Source: Octopus bimaculoides (taxonomy: Eukaryota). Taken from it: a DNA stretch of 64,000 nt. Position 1 is the first letter of the stretch, and each line of letters starts with the position of its first letter. The position numbers and the translations under genes were made by a program. The stretch lies in NCBI RefSeq assembly GCF_001194135.2, contig NC_068983.1, forward strand, positions 94,852,964 through 94,916,963. The letters are read 5' to 3'. The notes beneath the pieces were generated by a model. It saw nothing but the letters and a program-made list of their open reading frames with translations, made no database searches and was not told the DNA's origin. Of the stretch, positions 1 through 12,199 are shown in pieces.

Positions 1-228
1 CATAAAAGACACCATTTCGAGCGTGGCCGTTTTCGTGCGGGTGACACGTAAAAGCACCCACTACACTCTCTGAGTGGTTGGCGTTAGGAAGGGCATCCAG
101 CTGTAGAAACTCTGCCAAATCAGACTGGAGCCTGGTGTTGCCATCCGGTTTCACCAGTCCTCAGTCAAATCGTCCAACCCATGCTAGCATGGAAAGCGGA
201 CGTTAAACGATGATGATGATGATGATGA
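1..228 (+). mobile_element. Young (GAT)n-tailed retroposon (RTE-LINE 3' end / SINE-like), cut by window start
   Basis: Ends ...GGAAAGCGGACGTTAAACGATGATGATG; matches 1160-1390 with one substitution seen; the tail resembles the 3' end of the RTE LINE at 52600-52740. Confidence 0.85.
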
Positions 229-1081
229 ATGCTGCAAGTAATGTTTTGACTTTTTTTTTTCTTATAATGTTTTCTAAACTCTGAAGACCAAATTTAAAAT
301 CATTTGTAGAAAAAGGAGAAAGCTGTCTTGAAAATTTTAGAAACTGAGGTAAAATTGAAAAAAAGCACAGCACAAATGACTTTCAGAACCATTTTTCATG
401 CTTAGAATTTTTGAAGCATGAAGTAAACAACCTATGTAAGATTTTAGCTGTCAGGACACTAAATCCTTCAAAAGTACCATACTTCTCAAAATTCACCACA
501 ACTATTTCTAATGTGCCACACACCCTTTCCTCTTTATGGTTGTTTTACTGTTCACTTTCCTCTCATGTTTTTTCTCTGTTCTATGCATGTTCTTTTGGCT
601 GTCATTACTGTCTTCTCTTACTTTACTTATTTCTGCTTTCTGTTACCTCCTTTACTCATTTCAAGTGAGTTATAGCCACCTGAGCACTATATACAATAAG
701 TAATGCTTCAACTAGTTGTGGATGGAAAAAGTGCCCTGATTTTTCTCCATTTACACATTCATTTGACAACAATAATGTGAAAATCTTAAATGAATTTATG
801 CTCACATTGAATGCTAATATTTTACAGCATTATTCAATAATGACATTGTAAATTTTATTATGCAAGAGACTAACAACTTTGTTAGTTTTTGTATTTATTT
901 AAAATGAAAATAAGTACCCAAAATTACCCTTAAGAAAAGTTGGGTTTTTTCTGTCCATTTGGCACACATATTCATGTAACCCTTTCCTGCCATTTAAGGG
1001 TTGAACACATTACATGATTATGCTTGATAAAGCTTCTCTCTTGTTTACATTGCATTTTGATGATAAGATGTGACAAGTCTT

Positions 1082-1392
1082 GTACCGCCTGACTGGCTCC
1101 TGTAGGATTTTCGAGCGAGATCGTTGCCAGTGCCCCTGGACTGGCTTGTGCGGGTGGCACATAAAAGACACCATTTCGAGCGTGGCCGTTTTCGTGCGGG
1201 TGACACGTAAAAGCACCCACTACACTCTCTGAGTGGTTGGCGTTAGGAAGGGCATCCAGCTGTAGAAACTCTGCCAAATCAGACTGGAGCCTGGTGTTGC
1301 CATCCGGTTTCACCAGTCCTCAGTCAAATCGTCCAATCCATGCTAGCATGGAAAGCGGACGTTAAACGATGATGATGATGATGATGATGATG
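1082..1392 (+). mobile_element. Young (GAT)n-tailed retroposon copy
   Basis: Near-identical to 1-228, 7389-7583 (opposite strand) and 55061-55213; CpGs intact; (GAT)n tail. Confidence 0.85.
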
Positions 1393-1962
1393 TTGTATAG
1401 TAGAACATACTTAAGTAACAAACTTCCATTATTTGGAAGTCATTAGCTATAATACCTTCTATATTTAAAAACTATCATATATTCAGTTCAGTCTGTTTTC
1501 AACTTGAAAAACATCTTCATAATTCCAATTAGAGTGTCAGGTATATTTTCTTTCTCTCTCTCATTATTTTCTGTACTTTTTATGCTTATATTTATTTTTG
1601 TACCAACCCATACTTTATTTGTTTTATATTTTATTTATTTATTTATTTAATGTTTTTTTTACTTTGTAATGTTTTACTTTTTCCTTATTTTTTCCCCATT
1701 GTTTTGCTTTTATAGATTATGTTTTTAATATTCACTATATATTTATGTGTTAGCATTAATATTTGGTTTGATTTCACTGTTTGATTGTATTATTTTTAGA
1801 ACAGTTAATGGAATAGCCTAGTCTCATGTATTTAGATGTGTCAGTCCATCCATGAATGTATGTAATCTGTCTATGTATGTATATGTGTCTATCTGTCTGT
1901 CTGAGATTATATCTAATATAATCTGTTAGATTTAATAGTTTATTATTCTGTTGTATCTAATA

Positions 1963-1996
<34 letters not shown>

Positions 1997-2634
1997 TATT
2001 CATAAATATATATTCTATTAATACATGTTTTTAAGTCTATTTCTCTATGAAATCTAATGTTGGGCATTCAGTTCTGTAAATGTGTGTTCAAGACAAAACC
2101 TTTTGATGATAACCTGAAATTGGATTTTGGTTTAACTTACTTTATTTCATTGACTCTATGAAATGGAGCATTGATATGAAATAATGATGTTTGATTTAAG
2201 AAACCTTTAAAAAACATGTAAAAAAGAAAAGCATAGTCCCAGGAAACTGGTAGTTGCCTACATCAGTGAAAATTATACAGTGAAGTTCATGAGTTTGGCT
2301 AAGATTGTATGCTATGGCAAGAAAAGGAATCATCTTTAGTATTGTGTGCACTTTTCTATGCTGGCATTATTGAAGTAATTCTTTGGTGAGCAGATGCTCT
2401 TTCTGTTGTTGCCAAGTCTAACTTGTTTCCAAATAAAGCACTATATTCCTTTGTCCTTCAAGCAACAAACAGCTCAATGGCCAGACATGTTTTTGCAACA
2501 TAATGTAAACAAAGACACTGTCATATAAATGGTGACATTGATTTATTTTTTTACACAATATGCAAACAACTAGACAGTGGTATGATTTATGTGTGCAAAC
2601 ACATATGCACTGAGATTTCTTACTGAAAAGCCGT

Positions 2635-2790
2635 TGGCATAGCTGTGTGGTTAAGAAGTTTACTTCCCTACCACATAGTTTTGGGTTGAGTCCCACTGTG
2701 CTGCACCTTAAACAAGTTTCTTCTATTATAGCTCCAGACCAACAAAAGCCTTGTGAGTGGTTTAGTAGTTGGAAGCAAAAAAGAGCCTAT
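2635..2790 (+). mobile_element. tRNA-derived SINE (5' part)
   Basis: A-box-like TAGCTGTGTGGTTAAG and B-box-like GGGTTGAGTCCC; related - strand copy near 27100-27210. Boundaries approximate. Confidence 0.6.
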
Positions 2791-3249
2791 TTTATGTTTG
2801 TCTTCTATTTATATATGTGCACACAATAGTTGTAAATGTGTGTCAGTCCATCTAAGTAGTGTTCTTCATTACCAATGTTTCTTGGAAACATGTTTAGCCA
2901 AGGGGAAGTATTACTTTACTTGGAAACAGAGGAGAGGTGATGATAGGAAAGGCATTCATGAATTCCATTAGACTCATGCAAGCATAGAAAAGTGACTATT
3001 AAAATGATGACATTGATGAAGAGGGTGGTGGCCATGGCAGCAATTTCTAACTTTAAAATCTCTTTCTCTTTAGGTGAAATATCTTTCCTGAAATACTGGA
3101 TTCCTCTTCTTCCCACACTGTGTGAACTTATCCAAACTCATGTACTTTATGAAAATCATTCTTGAAAAAATTATCCATTTACTTCAATCTGCTTACAAAG
3201 ACACATTCATGCTGACAGTTTTGATGTATGCATTTTAAATACATTTCAG

Positions 3250-3352
3250 GATTCTAAAGTGCGGATTTCAAACTTGATGCGAATCTGTAATGAGAAAGGT
3301 ATTGCTTCTCAAAACTACCGGTGTAAAAACTGTCCTTCACCTCTTGGTTTAT
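3250..3352 (+). CDS. PLEKHM1/3: PLEKHM1/PLEKHM3-family protein, first in-window coding exon (start of Rubicon-homology domain); earlier exons presumably upstream of the window
   Basis: tttcag|GAT acceptor, T|gtaagt donor; 103 nt; DSKVRISNLMRICNEKGIASQNYRCKNCPSPLGL resembles PLEKHM3 KGLTAQSFKCAGC. Confidence 0.9.
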
Positions 3353-4464
3353 GTAAGTTTCTTCTTTATCCTCTCAATATATAGTTTTAAACTCTAGAAA
3401 CTTTGACGAAGGAAAATAATTTATTCTTCTATGTACCACACCTGATTTATAAAATTTTGTTAATTACCTTCTGTGATGGTTACTACTTTACTACTCTTTT
3501 ACAGTTTGACAAAAATGTGAGAGGAACTATTATATTGTGGGTTCTAATACAGCTTCATTCACACTGTACAATTACACTTCTCTCTTCACTTCTGATATAC
3601 TAAACAAGATAATCTCATCACCTCCCAGTACTAATATTCAGAACTTGAAGGCAATGAGATTTTTCTAGTATTTTGATTGAACTTGGTCTCTTTGCTGATC
3701 TTCCATCTACTGCTATTGGTTATGTCTAACTTCATACAAAACAAAACAATTTAGAGAAGAAAATAGCAATGTTTAGAAATACCCTTAAATCCTCAGTTAC
3801 CCCGAATGTTGATTAAAATGGCTATAACTAGATTTAATGGCCAACTAATTAGTTTAGGTATTGATGGTAGAATACAAATTAGTTTCAATCAAGAACTTAA
3901 GTTTGTTTTATTCTGAATTATCATTGTATGATGTGTGTGACAGGAGACTTTTGGCAATGAAAGCTGAAGATATACATCTTTTCTTTTCTTTTCTTTTTTT
4001 TATGAAAAATGATGTTTGTTGTATCCATTGAATTATGATATACAATATATAGTTTGCATTCATATTAATTAAGAATATATCAACTACTGCTTGCAAAAGA
4101 GAATATTCTAAATATTAAAATGAAAACTACTGATGAAGTAGCTGGTCTTTGTTAGCCCTCTTAAGACTACACCTGTTGTCAGCCTCCATGTTGACTAATT
4201 CATATTGTTACGAATTTGTCTGCATGTTGAAGAGAAATAGCAGGAACAGAATTAGATTTAGACCTATCTTTTTGTGATTTTTGTTCTAGATATAATTTTG
4301 GTTGTTCCTGGCTTTCAAAGAATTAAATTCCAATATAATACTAGGGTAAAGAAAGAAAATAATTTTGTGAACCAGTCTAAGCTATGCTATTATTGTGTGG
4401 TAAAAGTAAAAGTTGAATAATAAAGAAATTGTCATCTTTATCAGTAATATTTTCCAGCATAAAA

Positions 4465-4676
4465 GCCATGAGATAACAGAATTATTAACATGCCAGGCAA
4501 AATGCTTAGCAGCATTTTGTCGATCTATACACGCTGAGTTCAAATTCTACCAAGATCAACTTTGCCTTTCATTTTTTCGGGGTTGATAAAATAAGTACCA
4601 GTTGAACACTAGGGTCGATGTAATCAACTTACTATCCCCCGAACCTACTGGCTTTGTGCCAAAATTTGAAACCAAT
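4465..4676 (+). mobile_element. Abundant SINE family copy
   Basis: GAGTTCAAATTC...GGGGTTGATAAAATAAGTACCAGTTG core, also on the - strand at about 4735-4865, 11005-11185, 23700-23880 and 61925-62160. Confidence 0.7.
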
Positions 4677-5479
4677 ATTTTCCAGCATAAACTCACAGCT
4701 TCATATTTGAAGTAGCAGTATAGCTGACTATATGAAGCCTGGTATTTAACTAGTACTACTTATTTTATTGACCCCAGAAGGAGGAAAATCAAAATCAACC
4801 CAGCATAATTTCAACTCAGAACATAGACACAAGTAAATATTGCAAGGTATTTTGTCTGACATGCCAAACACACACTCTCTAAATTTTTCTATTTATTTTG
4901 TCATTAAAACAAATTTATACTCCTGAAACCTCTATTTGTTTCTGTGTATCTGTCTAGTCTTCAAGTATACAGTTCTTATATGTTCTTGTGTGTTTTGTGA
5001 TAGGTTTTAGTTGATATTCAGCCCCAAGTCAACTCTGAGCAGATCTGTGATCAGAGGCATTCTAATCATGTCCAGCCCATCTTTTTTCTGGATATTTTGG
5101 ACCATCTTATCTAAAATATCCTTCCTTGTTTAAAGGACAGGCTGTGATTTGAGGGACATTTTGCTGTTATTTCCAGAGTTGAGTGACTATTCTGAAGCTC
5201 TCTGATTGTGGTGTGTGGTACTGGTAGGGTATGTCTGTATATGAAAATGATGTGATGTTTGGGTGTGATGTGCAAGGTAAGTGGTACTGATGATATTTGT
5301 GTATCATGGTGCATGTTATATGTGGTAGGTTTATTTACTCAAGACATCTATCTCTGTCCTATTTCATTAATCTTTGAACTGGCACAAAGCTTCACCACCA
5401 CCACCCCATCAATACTGCTCTCCCCTCCCAGTTGAAGGTTGTTTTCCCTTTTCTGTCTTATAAGGTTCTTGGTGATCCT

Positions 5480-5672
5480 GTCAGTGCTGGTGCTACATAA
5501 AAAGCCCTGATGCTGTTGCCACATAAAAAGCACCCAGTACACTTTGTAAAGTGGTGGATATGAGGAAGCGCATCCAGCTGTGGAAAACGATGCCAAAACA
5601 AACAACAGAGCCTGGTACAGCTCCTGTCAAACTGCCCATCCCATACCAGCACAGAAAACAGACATTTAATGA
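5480..5672 (+). mobile_element. Older diverged copy of the (GAT)n-tailed RTE-type repeat
   Basis: AAAAGCACCCAGTACAC...CATCCAGCTGT...TTTAATGATGATG; CpG-decayed relative to 1-228. Confidence 0.7.
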
Positions 5673-6020
5673 TGATGGTTTTAGTTTTATTGCTCTTATT
5701 TTCTTAGTGATACCAGTTTTACCTCGTTTCATATTTTATAAAAGTTCAGTGACAATAAGTTGAGAGTGAAAGTAGACAGTCTGTCATTTCATATCCAACA
5801 AACACTTGGAGCTAGTCCTTGGTTCCCTCTTCTCCCATGGTTTTTCTCCAAAAACATTCAGGTTGAACATCAGCTACATCAGTACCACCACCAGTCTGGG
5901 AAGTCCTGCAAAGGCTATGGGCGCTGCCCCTTCTGCTCTGATTTGTTAAGCTTCTAATGAAAGTGGTCTTCATCGGTTGAGTTAATTACAATTTATGTCA
6001 TTGTATAATTTTTTTGACAG

Positions 6021-6143
6021 TATTTGGTAAACCTCTAGTCTGTGCCTATGATGGTTGTTATTACTGCTCTGACTGCCACCATAATGGAGAGTTCTACATT
6101 CCATCAAAGATTATATTCAACTGGGATTTTAGCAAATACAAAG
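6021..6143 (+). CDS. PLEKHM1/3: PLEKHM1/3 coding exon 2 (in-window)
   Basis: ttgacag| acceptor, G|gtaagt donor; 123 nt, phase 1-1; LFGKPLVCAYDGCYYCSDCHHNGEFYIPSKIIFNWDFSKYK has the RH-domain YYCxxCH...IP..I..NWD motif. Confidence 0.95.
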
Positions 6144-6764
6144 GTAAGTTTTAAATTATTTTACATCCCTACATGTACTTAATCAATAGGTAATTAATAT
6201 CATATAACAACTCCTTTCTCTATATTTTTACATGTAAATCTCAGTGTAGCTAAAATTATCATATGGCAGGTCTCCTTCACTATAAATATTTGATATCTTC
6301 TCTCATATAGTATTGTTTAACCCCAGATCAGCTTCATTCCATTGGTCCTCTGATGAAAGCTATTCCAGTTGTGTCCATCCCATCTTGTTCTCAAACAGGG
6401 TGTATCTATGACTATGTTATTCAGTATGTCATTCATTTCTTTTTTTTTTTTTTTTCATTTTTAAGATAAATCTGACCTATCCCCATTACTGCTCTAAGTT
6501 TTACATTCCTATGTTGTTTGATAAGTTGGTTGCTACAACAGCATGATAACAACATGAAACTTAGACAGTAACAAAACAGACTGAAGCACAATCCTTGGAT
6601 AAATAAAGTATCTAGCACATGTGTTGAATACCTTTTTCTCTCATTTGCATGCATACACCCACGCTTTGTGTTTGTGAACAAATGGAAGGATAAATATTCA
6701 ATACATATGCTAATTTTTTTCCCATTTATTCAAAGCTTGTGCTTCACTCTTCCAAATTTCCTGT

Positions 6765-6902
6765 TGTGTGTGTGTGTGTGTGTACACACATGCGTGTGTG
6801 TGTGTGTGTGTACGCGCGTGCGTGTGTGTGTGTGCACACCTGTTCTGGTGATTCATTTTCTTCCTATTCGTGCACACGCACACACACACACACACACACA
6901 CC
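6765..6902. repeat. (TG)n and (CA)n microsatellites
   Basis: Dinucleotide runs read directly. Confidence 0.9.
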
Positions 6903-7388
6903 ACAAAATAAAAGAAAAATAATCTCTTCCTAACTGACAGATTTCCAAAAAACAACTCTTTATGAGTGAAAACTTTCAACAATACAATGACAATAAAATT
7001 ATACTCTTGACACAATAGAACCCAACCTAAACACAGAGAGGGGTGGTGGGGAGAAACACCCTTCCTATCAATACAACTTCCAACTCTTTAAATCTATTTT
7101 CATGTATTTGGACATTTAACACATTATATACACATGCATAGGTGAACATATTCTGACTAGAAAAGAAATCTGCTATTCAATTTAATAGAATTTTTGACAC
7201 TCAGCCCCTTGAACCCCATTCCAAATCCCAGCATAAACAACATATATAAGAAGAGACTTTAAGAGAAAATATCAAACATGTTTTTAACAACACAGAATAT
7301 GAGAACAAACTTTTTGATTTTTATTTCTTAATTTTTGACTTTGAATTTTTAATATTTGATAAGATGGACTGACACATCAAAATTGGTA

Positions 7389-7771
7389 ATCATCATCATC
7401 ATCATCATCGTTTAACGTCCGCTTTCCATGCTAGCATGGGTTGGACGATTTGACTGAGGACTAGTGAAACCGGATGGCAACACCAGGCTCCAATCTGATT
7501 TGGCAGAGTTTCTACAGCTGGATGCCCTTCCTAACGCCAACCACTCAGAGAGTGTAGTGGGTGCTTTTACGTGTCACCCGCACAAAGGCCAGTCAGGCGG
7601 TACTGGCAACGGCCACGCTCAAAATGGTGTATTTTATATGCCACCCGCAAAAGAGCCAGTCTGGCAGATTGGTACAATTCCCTGCTACCACCGTTCTTCC
7701 AGTCCTTCCAAGCCTGTTTCTTTTGTCGAATAACCCTGTCTACCTCCTTGTTCCACCACCACGTTACTCTG
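7389..7771 (-). mobile_element. Young internally deleted RTE-LINE derivative (ORF fragment fused to 3' tail); runs into gap
   Basis: - strand 7771-7660 translates RVTWWWNKEVDRVIRQKKQAWKDWKNGGSRELYQSAR (homologous to 47720-47840), joined directly to the (GAT)n-tailed 3' end. Confidence 0.85.
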
Positions 7772-8731
7772 NNNNNNNNNNNNNNNNNNNNNNNNNNNNN
7801 NNNNNNNNNNNNNNNNNNNNNNNNNNNNNNNNNNNNNNNNNNNNNNNNNNNNNNNNNNNNNNNNNNNNNNNNNNNNNNNNNNNNNNNNNNNNNNNNNNNN
7901 NNNNNNNNNNNNNNNNNNNNNNNNNNNNNNNNNNNNNNNNNNNNNNNNNNNNNNNNNNNNNNNNNNNNNNNNNNNNNNNNNNNNNNNNNNNNNNNNNNNN
8001 NNNNNNNNNNNNNNNNNNNNNNNNNNNNNNNNNNNNNNNNNNNNNNNNNNNNNNNNNNNNNNNNNNNNNNNNNNNNNNNNNNNNNNNNNNNNNNNNNNNN
8101 NNNNNNNNNNNNNNNNNNNNNNNNNNNNNNNNNNNNNNNNNNNNNNNNNNNNNNNNNNNNNNNNNNNNNNNNNNNNNNNNNNNNNNNNNNNNNNNNNNNN
8201 NNNNNNNNNNNNNNNNNNNNNNNNNNNNNNNNNNNNNNNNNNNNNNNNNNNNNNNNNNNNNNNNNNNNNNNNNNNNNNNNNNNNNNNNNNNNNNNNNNNN
8301 NNNNNNNNNNNNNNNNNNNNNNNNNNNNNNNNNNNNNNNNNNNNNNNNNNNNNNNNNNNNNNNNNNNNNNNNNNNNNNNNNNNNNNNNNNNNNNNNNNNN
8401 NNNNNNNNNNNNNNNNNNNNNNNNNNNNNNNNNNNNNNNNNNNNNNNNNNNNNNNNNNNNNNNNNNNNNNNNNNNNNNNNNNNNNNNNNNNNNNNNNNNN
8501 NNNNNNNNNNNNNNNNNNNNNNNNNNNNNNNNNNNNNNNNNNNNNNNNNNNNNNNNNNNNNNNNNNNNNNNNNNNNNNNNNNNNNNNNNNNNNNNNNNNN
8601 NNNNNNNNNNNNNNNNNNNNNNNNNNNNNNNNNNNNNNNNNNNNNNNNNNNNNNNNNNNNNNNNNNNNNNNNNNNNNNNNNNNNNNNNNNNNNNNNNNNN
8701 NNNNNNNNNNNNNNNNNNNNNNNNNNNNNNN
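7772..8731. other. Assembly gap (960 N); other gaps at 24880-24909, 43355-44151, 49602-49611, 53862-54062, 56152-56251
   Basis: N runs. Confidence 1.
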
Positions 8732-9031
8732 TTATTATTATTATTCAGGTCACTGCCTGGAACTCGGAATCTTGGGGTTAGTAGCCTGCATTCTTAACCC
8801 CAAGATTCCAAGTTCGATTCCAGGCAGTGACCTGAATAATAATAATAATGATAATAACATCGAAAAATACCTTAGGAATGACAATCTAAGTTCAAAATTT
8901 CCTCAATACACCTGATGAAGGCTAGAGTGTATATCAGCTGAAACATTGTGTTAACAACAAACAAGATGAGGACAAATATCCGTCAAATGTAAATAATGTA
9001 CATAATTCCTCATCTCTTAAATATAGAACTG
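8732..9031 (+). mobile_element. tRNA-derived SINE with inverted head, (AAT)n linker and Penelope-type 3' motif
   Basis: B-box GTTCGATTCC at 8812-8821; arms 8732-8780 and 8795-8849 are inverted repeats; CCTGATGAAGGC...GAAAC motif at 8911-8944. Confidence 0.7.
8908..8951 (+). ncRNA. Degenerate minimal type I hammerhead-ribozyme-like motif
   Basis: ACAC-CTGATGA-A-GGCT(loop)AGCT-GAAA-CA-TT-GTGT: both core boxes, a 4-bp stem I, a stem II and a decayed palindromic stem III. Confidence 0.5.
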
Positions 9032-9558
9032 AATACTTCCATGTTGTTTCCACTTTTACCTTTTGCCTGTATGTGTGTGTGTGGGTGTGTGTGTGTGTGC
9101 ATATTTCTGATGTGGATTTAAAGGCTTTTCTTCAAAGGAACAGAGATACAATGTCATCATTGTCGTAGAAAGGTATAAATACATGATTCTGTCACGTATT
9201 TATGTAGTTAGTTGTCTAACACCTTATCCTCGCAGCTGTTTGGCCTTACATCACTGATCTGTATTGCACTCACTCTAGAAGAGACACAAGTGTAATTATC
9301 CCTGATTGGTTTTGATCATATAATTGTGAAGCCTGAAACACCCTACCAAAACATTTATCCCAATAAACAAATGAAAATGTAAGTGCAGGTTCAAAGTAAT
9401 CTTTACAGTGCCTTTGAGTTTCTTCTTTAACAGCTGTTGAAGTTAGTGGCTTCTGTAATTAATCCTTCATAGCATTTTGCTATGGAGATGATCTACACAG
9501 ATTATCCATACATATTTGAATTGTTTGAAAGAAATAGTTTTATTCTCTCTTATTTCAG

Positions 9559-9671
9559 TGTCTGTAAAAAATCTAGAATTCCTGAAAGAAATCCAAGAAT
9601 ATCCTTTGATTGACATTGCAAAGGTTAATCCTGAATTATATGACTATATTGCTGATATGAGAGATGTCAAG
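9559..9671 (+). CDS. PLEKHM1/3: PLEKHM1/3 coding exon 3 (in-window)
   Basis: tatttcag| acceptor, AAG|gtgagg donor; 113 nt; VSVKNLEFLKEIQEYPLIDIAKVNPELYDYIADMRDVK; frame continuous with neighbours. Confidence 0.95.
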
Positions 9672-11687
9672 GTGAGGAAGTGACAAGCATTATGATTTGA
9701 GGCAGAAGAGATATTCTGCCTTTTAGTGTTTTATTTTGAACTTTTGCTACTTGTAACCTAATCTTTCTGTGTTCTTTTATTGGAGTTGGTTATGTGTGAA
9801 TCTGCTTTGCTGTAGTGTAATGTATGGTTATACTGTCATCCATGCCCACGTGTAAGCATGTTTGTAATGCAAGTTTAATGGAATAAAATTTGTGAGTAAA
9901 CTGAAAACTACTACAGAAAGATTTAAGCAAAACTGTTATGTGTTACTTAGTGTCAAGATATTTTAAAACAATGTTTTAATTAATTCCACTTTTGTTTATA
10001 TTTAGATTTACTATATATATATGAATCAAGTGCTGTGGTTGCATTTCAACCAGTTAGAAAACTTTTACATGAGACATTATTGTATATAAAATGACAACAC
10101 TTCTGTCAGGACCAATAGCAGTTTGAAAATTCAATGGAAGCATAGTTTCCTTGGTTCAGTTGGAAAATCAGCCGCCACCTCTACCACCATCATGACCATA
10201 TAATAAAACATGGTGTAATTATAAGGTTCAGTCCAACACAGCTGAGATTGTATCAATAAGAACCTGTATGGTTCTCTCTCGTTTCTGTATAAAGTGTGAG
10301 AAATTGAAGTTATCCATTGCTAAAATTGGACCCTGTTACATTTATAATTTAATACATCTACTAATTTTATCCTGTTCACCTCAAAACATATGATATACTT
10401 CTCTTTCCTTCAGTTCCATTAAAAAAATATTGAGAAAGAGCAGCTAAAATGGAGAGTAAATTTTAAAATATCCCTTGGCATTGTAGCAGCTGTATTTTCT
10501 AAACGGTGACTCATCAAAATTATAACCTTGATTTGGTACCACTTTCATTTAATATGTATAATATTTGTTTTATAACATTTATAAAATTCAGTATCTAAGA
10601 GGGTAACATAAGTAACATAGTCCCTGAGTTCATATTCAACTATAGACGTTTTGTTATGTTTCTGGAGTAGAACTGTTAATTCTTCATTGATCCAACTAAC
10701 AAATTTGTAAGCAATTATGATCTGTAAGTAAACTGGTATTCTATCTTGAGAAGAGATTCGACTCTCATCCAAACGACACCCTGGAAACCAGAACTAATCA
10801 CTGACCCATAGGCTATTCACCTTCTCATTGTAAGATACTTGTGACCTTCTTCACAAGTATTTTATTGTCTGTTATTACTCCATTTACAGGTGATTAATTA
10901 ACAGACATTATTGCCATTAATGTAGCACTGGCAAATCCAAAGACCAAGTCTTCAGTCATACTACAGTGATAAAAATAATAATCCTTTCTACCGTAGGCAT
11001 AAGGCCTGAAGATCTGAAGGAGAGGATTAATTAATATACATCAACCCCAGTACTTGACTAGTGCTTAAAATATTGACCACTAAAGGATGAAAGACAAAGT
11101 TGACCTCAGCAGAATTTGAACTCAGAACTAAATGTCACTAAACATGTTGCCCAGCATACTAATGATTCTACTAGCTTGCTGCCTTAGTTATAAAAAAATA
11201 ATGATAATACCAATAATTGGGGCTCAAAATATTTTCTTTCTCACTGTTTTTTTAAATTCAGCCATCACTTGGAAATGAGAATGGTTTGATAACATGTACC
11301 ATGCTTTCACTACTTGTTTTAGGTGTCTATGTAGTTACAAGCAGATATAACCCCACCCCAAACTTTCCCACTCATTGATCTAACAGAACGTCCAAGATGT
11401 GACAGTTAGAGAGAGAAAGAGCTGATCCAGCACTCATTTTCAGCTGGGTAAACTGGAGTAATATGAAATGAATTGCCTTGCTCAAAGTCAAGGCAGGCAT
11501 CCTGGTTCAGAAATTAAACCCATGACATTATGTTTGTAAGCTGAACACCCGTAGCCACTAAGTCACATGCCTCCTCACCATTATTTGTGTTTATAAACAA
11601 ATAATAATTGACCCTATGGTCTACAGTACAATACCTTAACTTGATGTTCACTGTACTTTACTAAACACCTCTTTCTTCTGTTTCCAG

Positions 11688-11819
11688 CTTCTTCGTATCC
11701 GGTTGTCCCATCTCAGCTCTTATCTCTTTACTTGCAAGAAGACTGAAGCTGAAAAGTTTCGTCAGTCATTTTGGCCAAAAGAGTACTTGTACGAAGATGT
11801 CCACTTATATTCATTAATA
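11688..11819 (+). CDS. PLEKHM1/3: PLEKHM1/3 coding exon 4 (in-window)
   Basis: tttccag| acceptor, ATA|gtaagt donor; 132 nt; LLRIRLSHLSSYLFTCKKTEAEKFRQSFWPKEYLYEDVHLYSLI. Confidence 0.95.
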
Positions 11820-12199
11820 GTAAGTGTTTTGTTGCCATGTTTGTCATGATAACATATTTTAACCATCTGGTACCAAACCACCTGAGACTGCCCCTGGTTT
11901 GATGAGACAAATTACCTATTTAAATTAAAATTAAAACCTGCTATTAAAATTTCAAATTAATTTATGTTATGATGACCACTATTTTACTAAATTCTTCATT
12001 GTGTTCAAAATTAAGGAAAATAAAGGTAATATATTTCAACAGAAATATGCTAAAAAAAAAAGATAGTATAATTACATTCATTAAACTTTTTTACTGATTT
12101 TCAGTAGTTAGCAGTAAGAGTACCACTTACCTTGCACATCACATCATGTTCAAAAGGCTTCCCCGAAATTGTTAGCTACTTCTGATATTTAATTGACTT

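Noticed and set aside
7561-8797. Long ORFs of 288-408 aa here and at 43301-44281
   Set aside because: They are mostly X from N-gaps; not real coding sequence.
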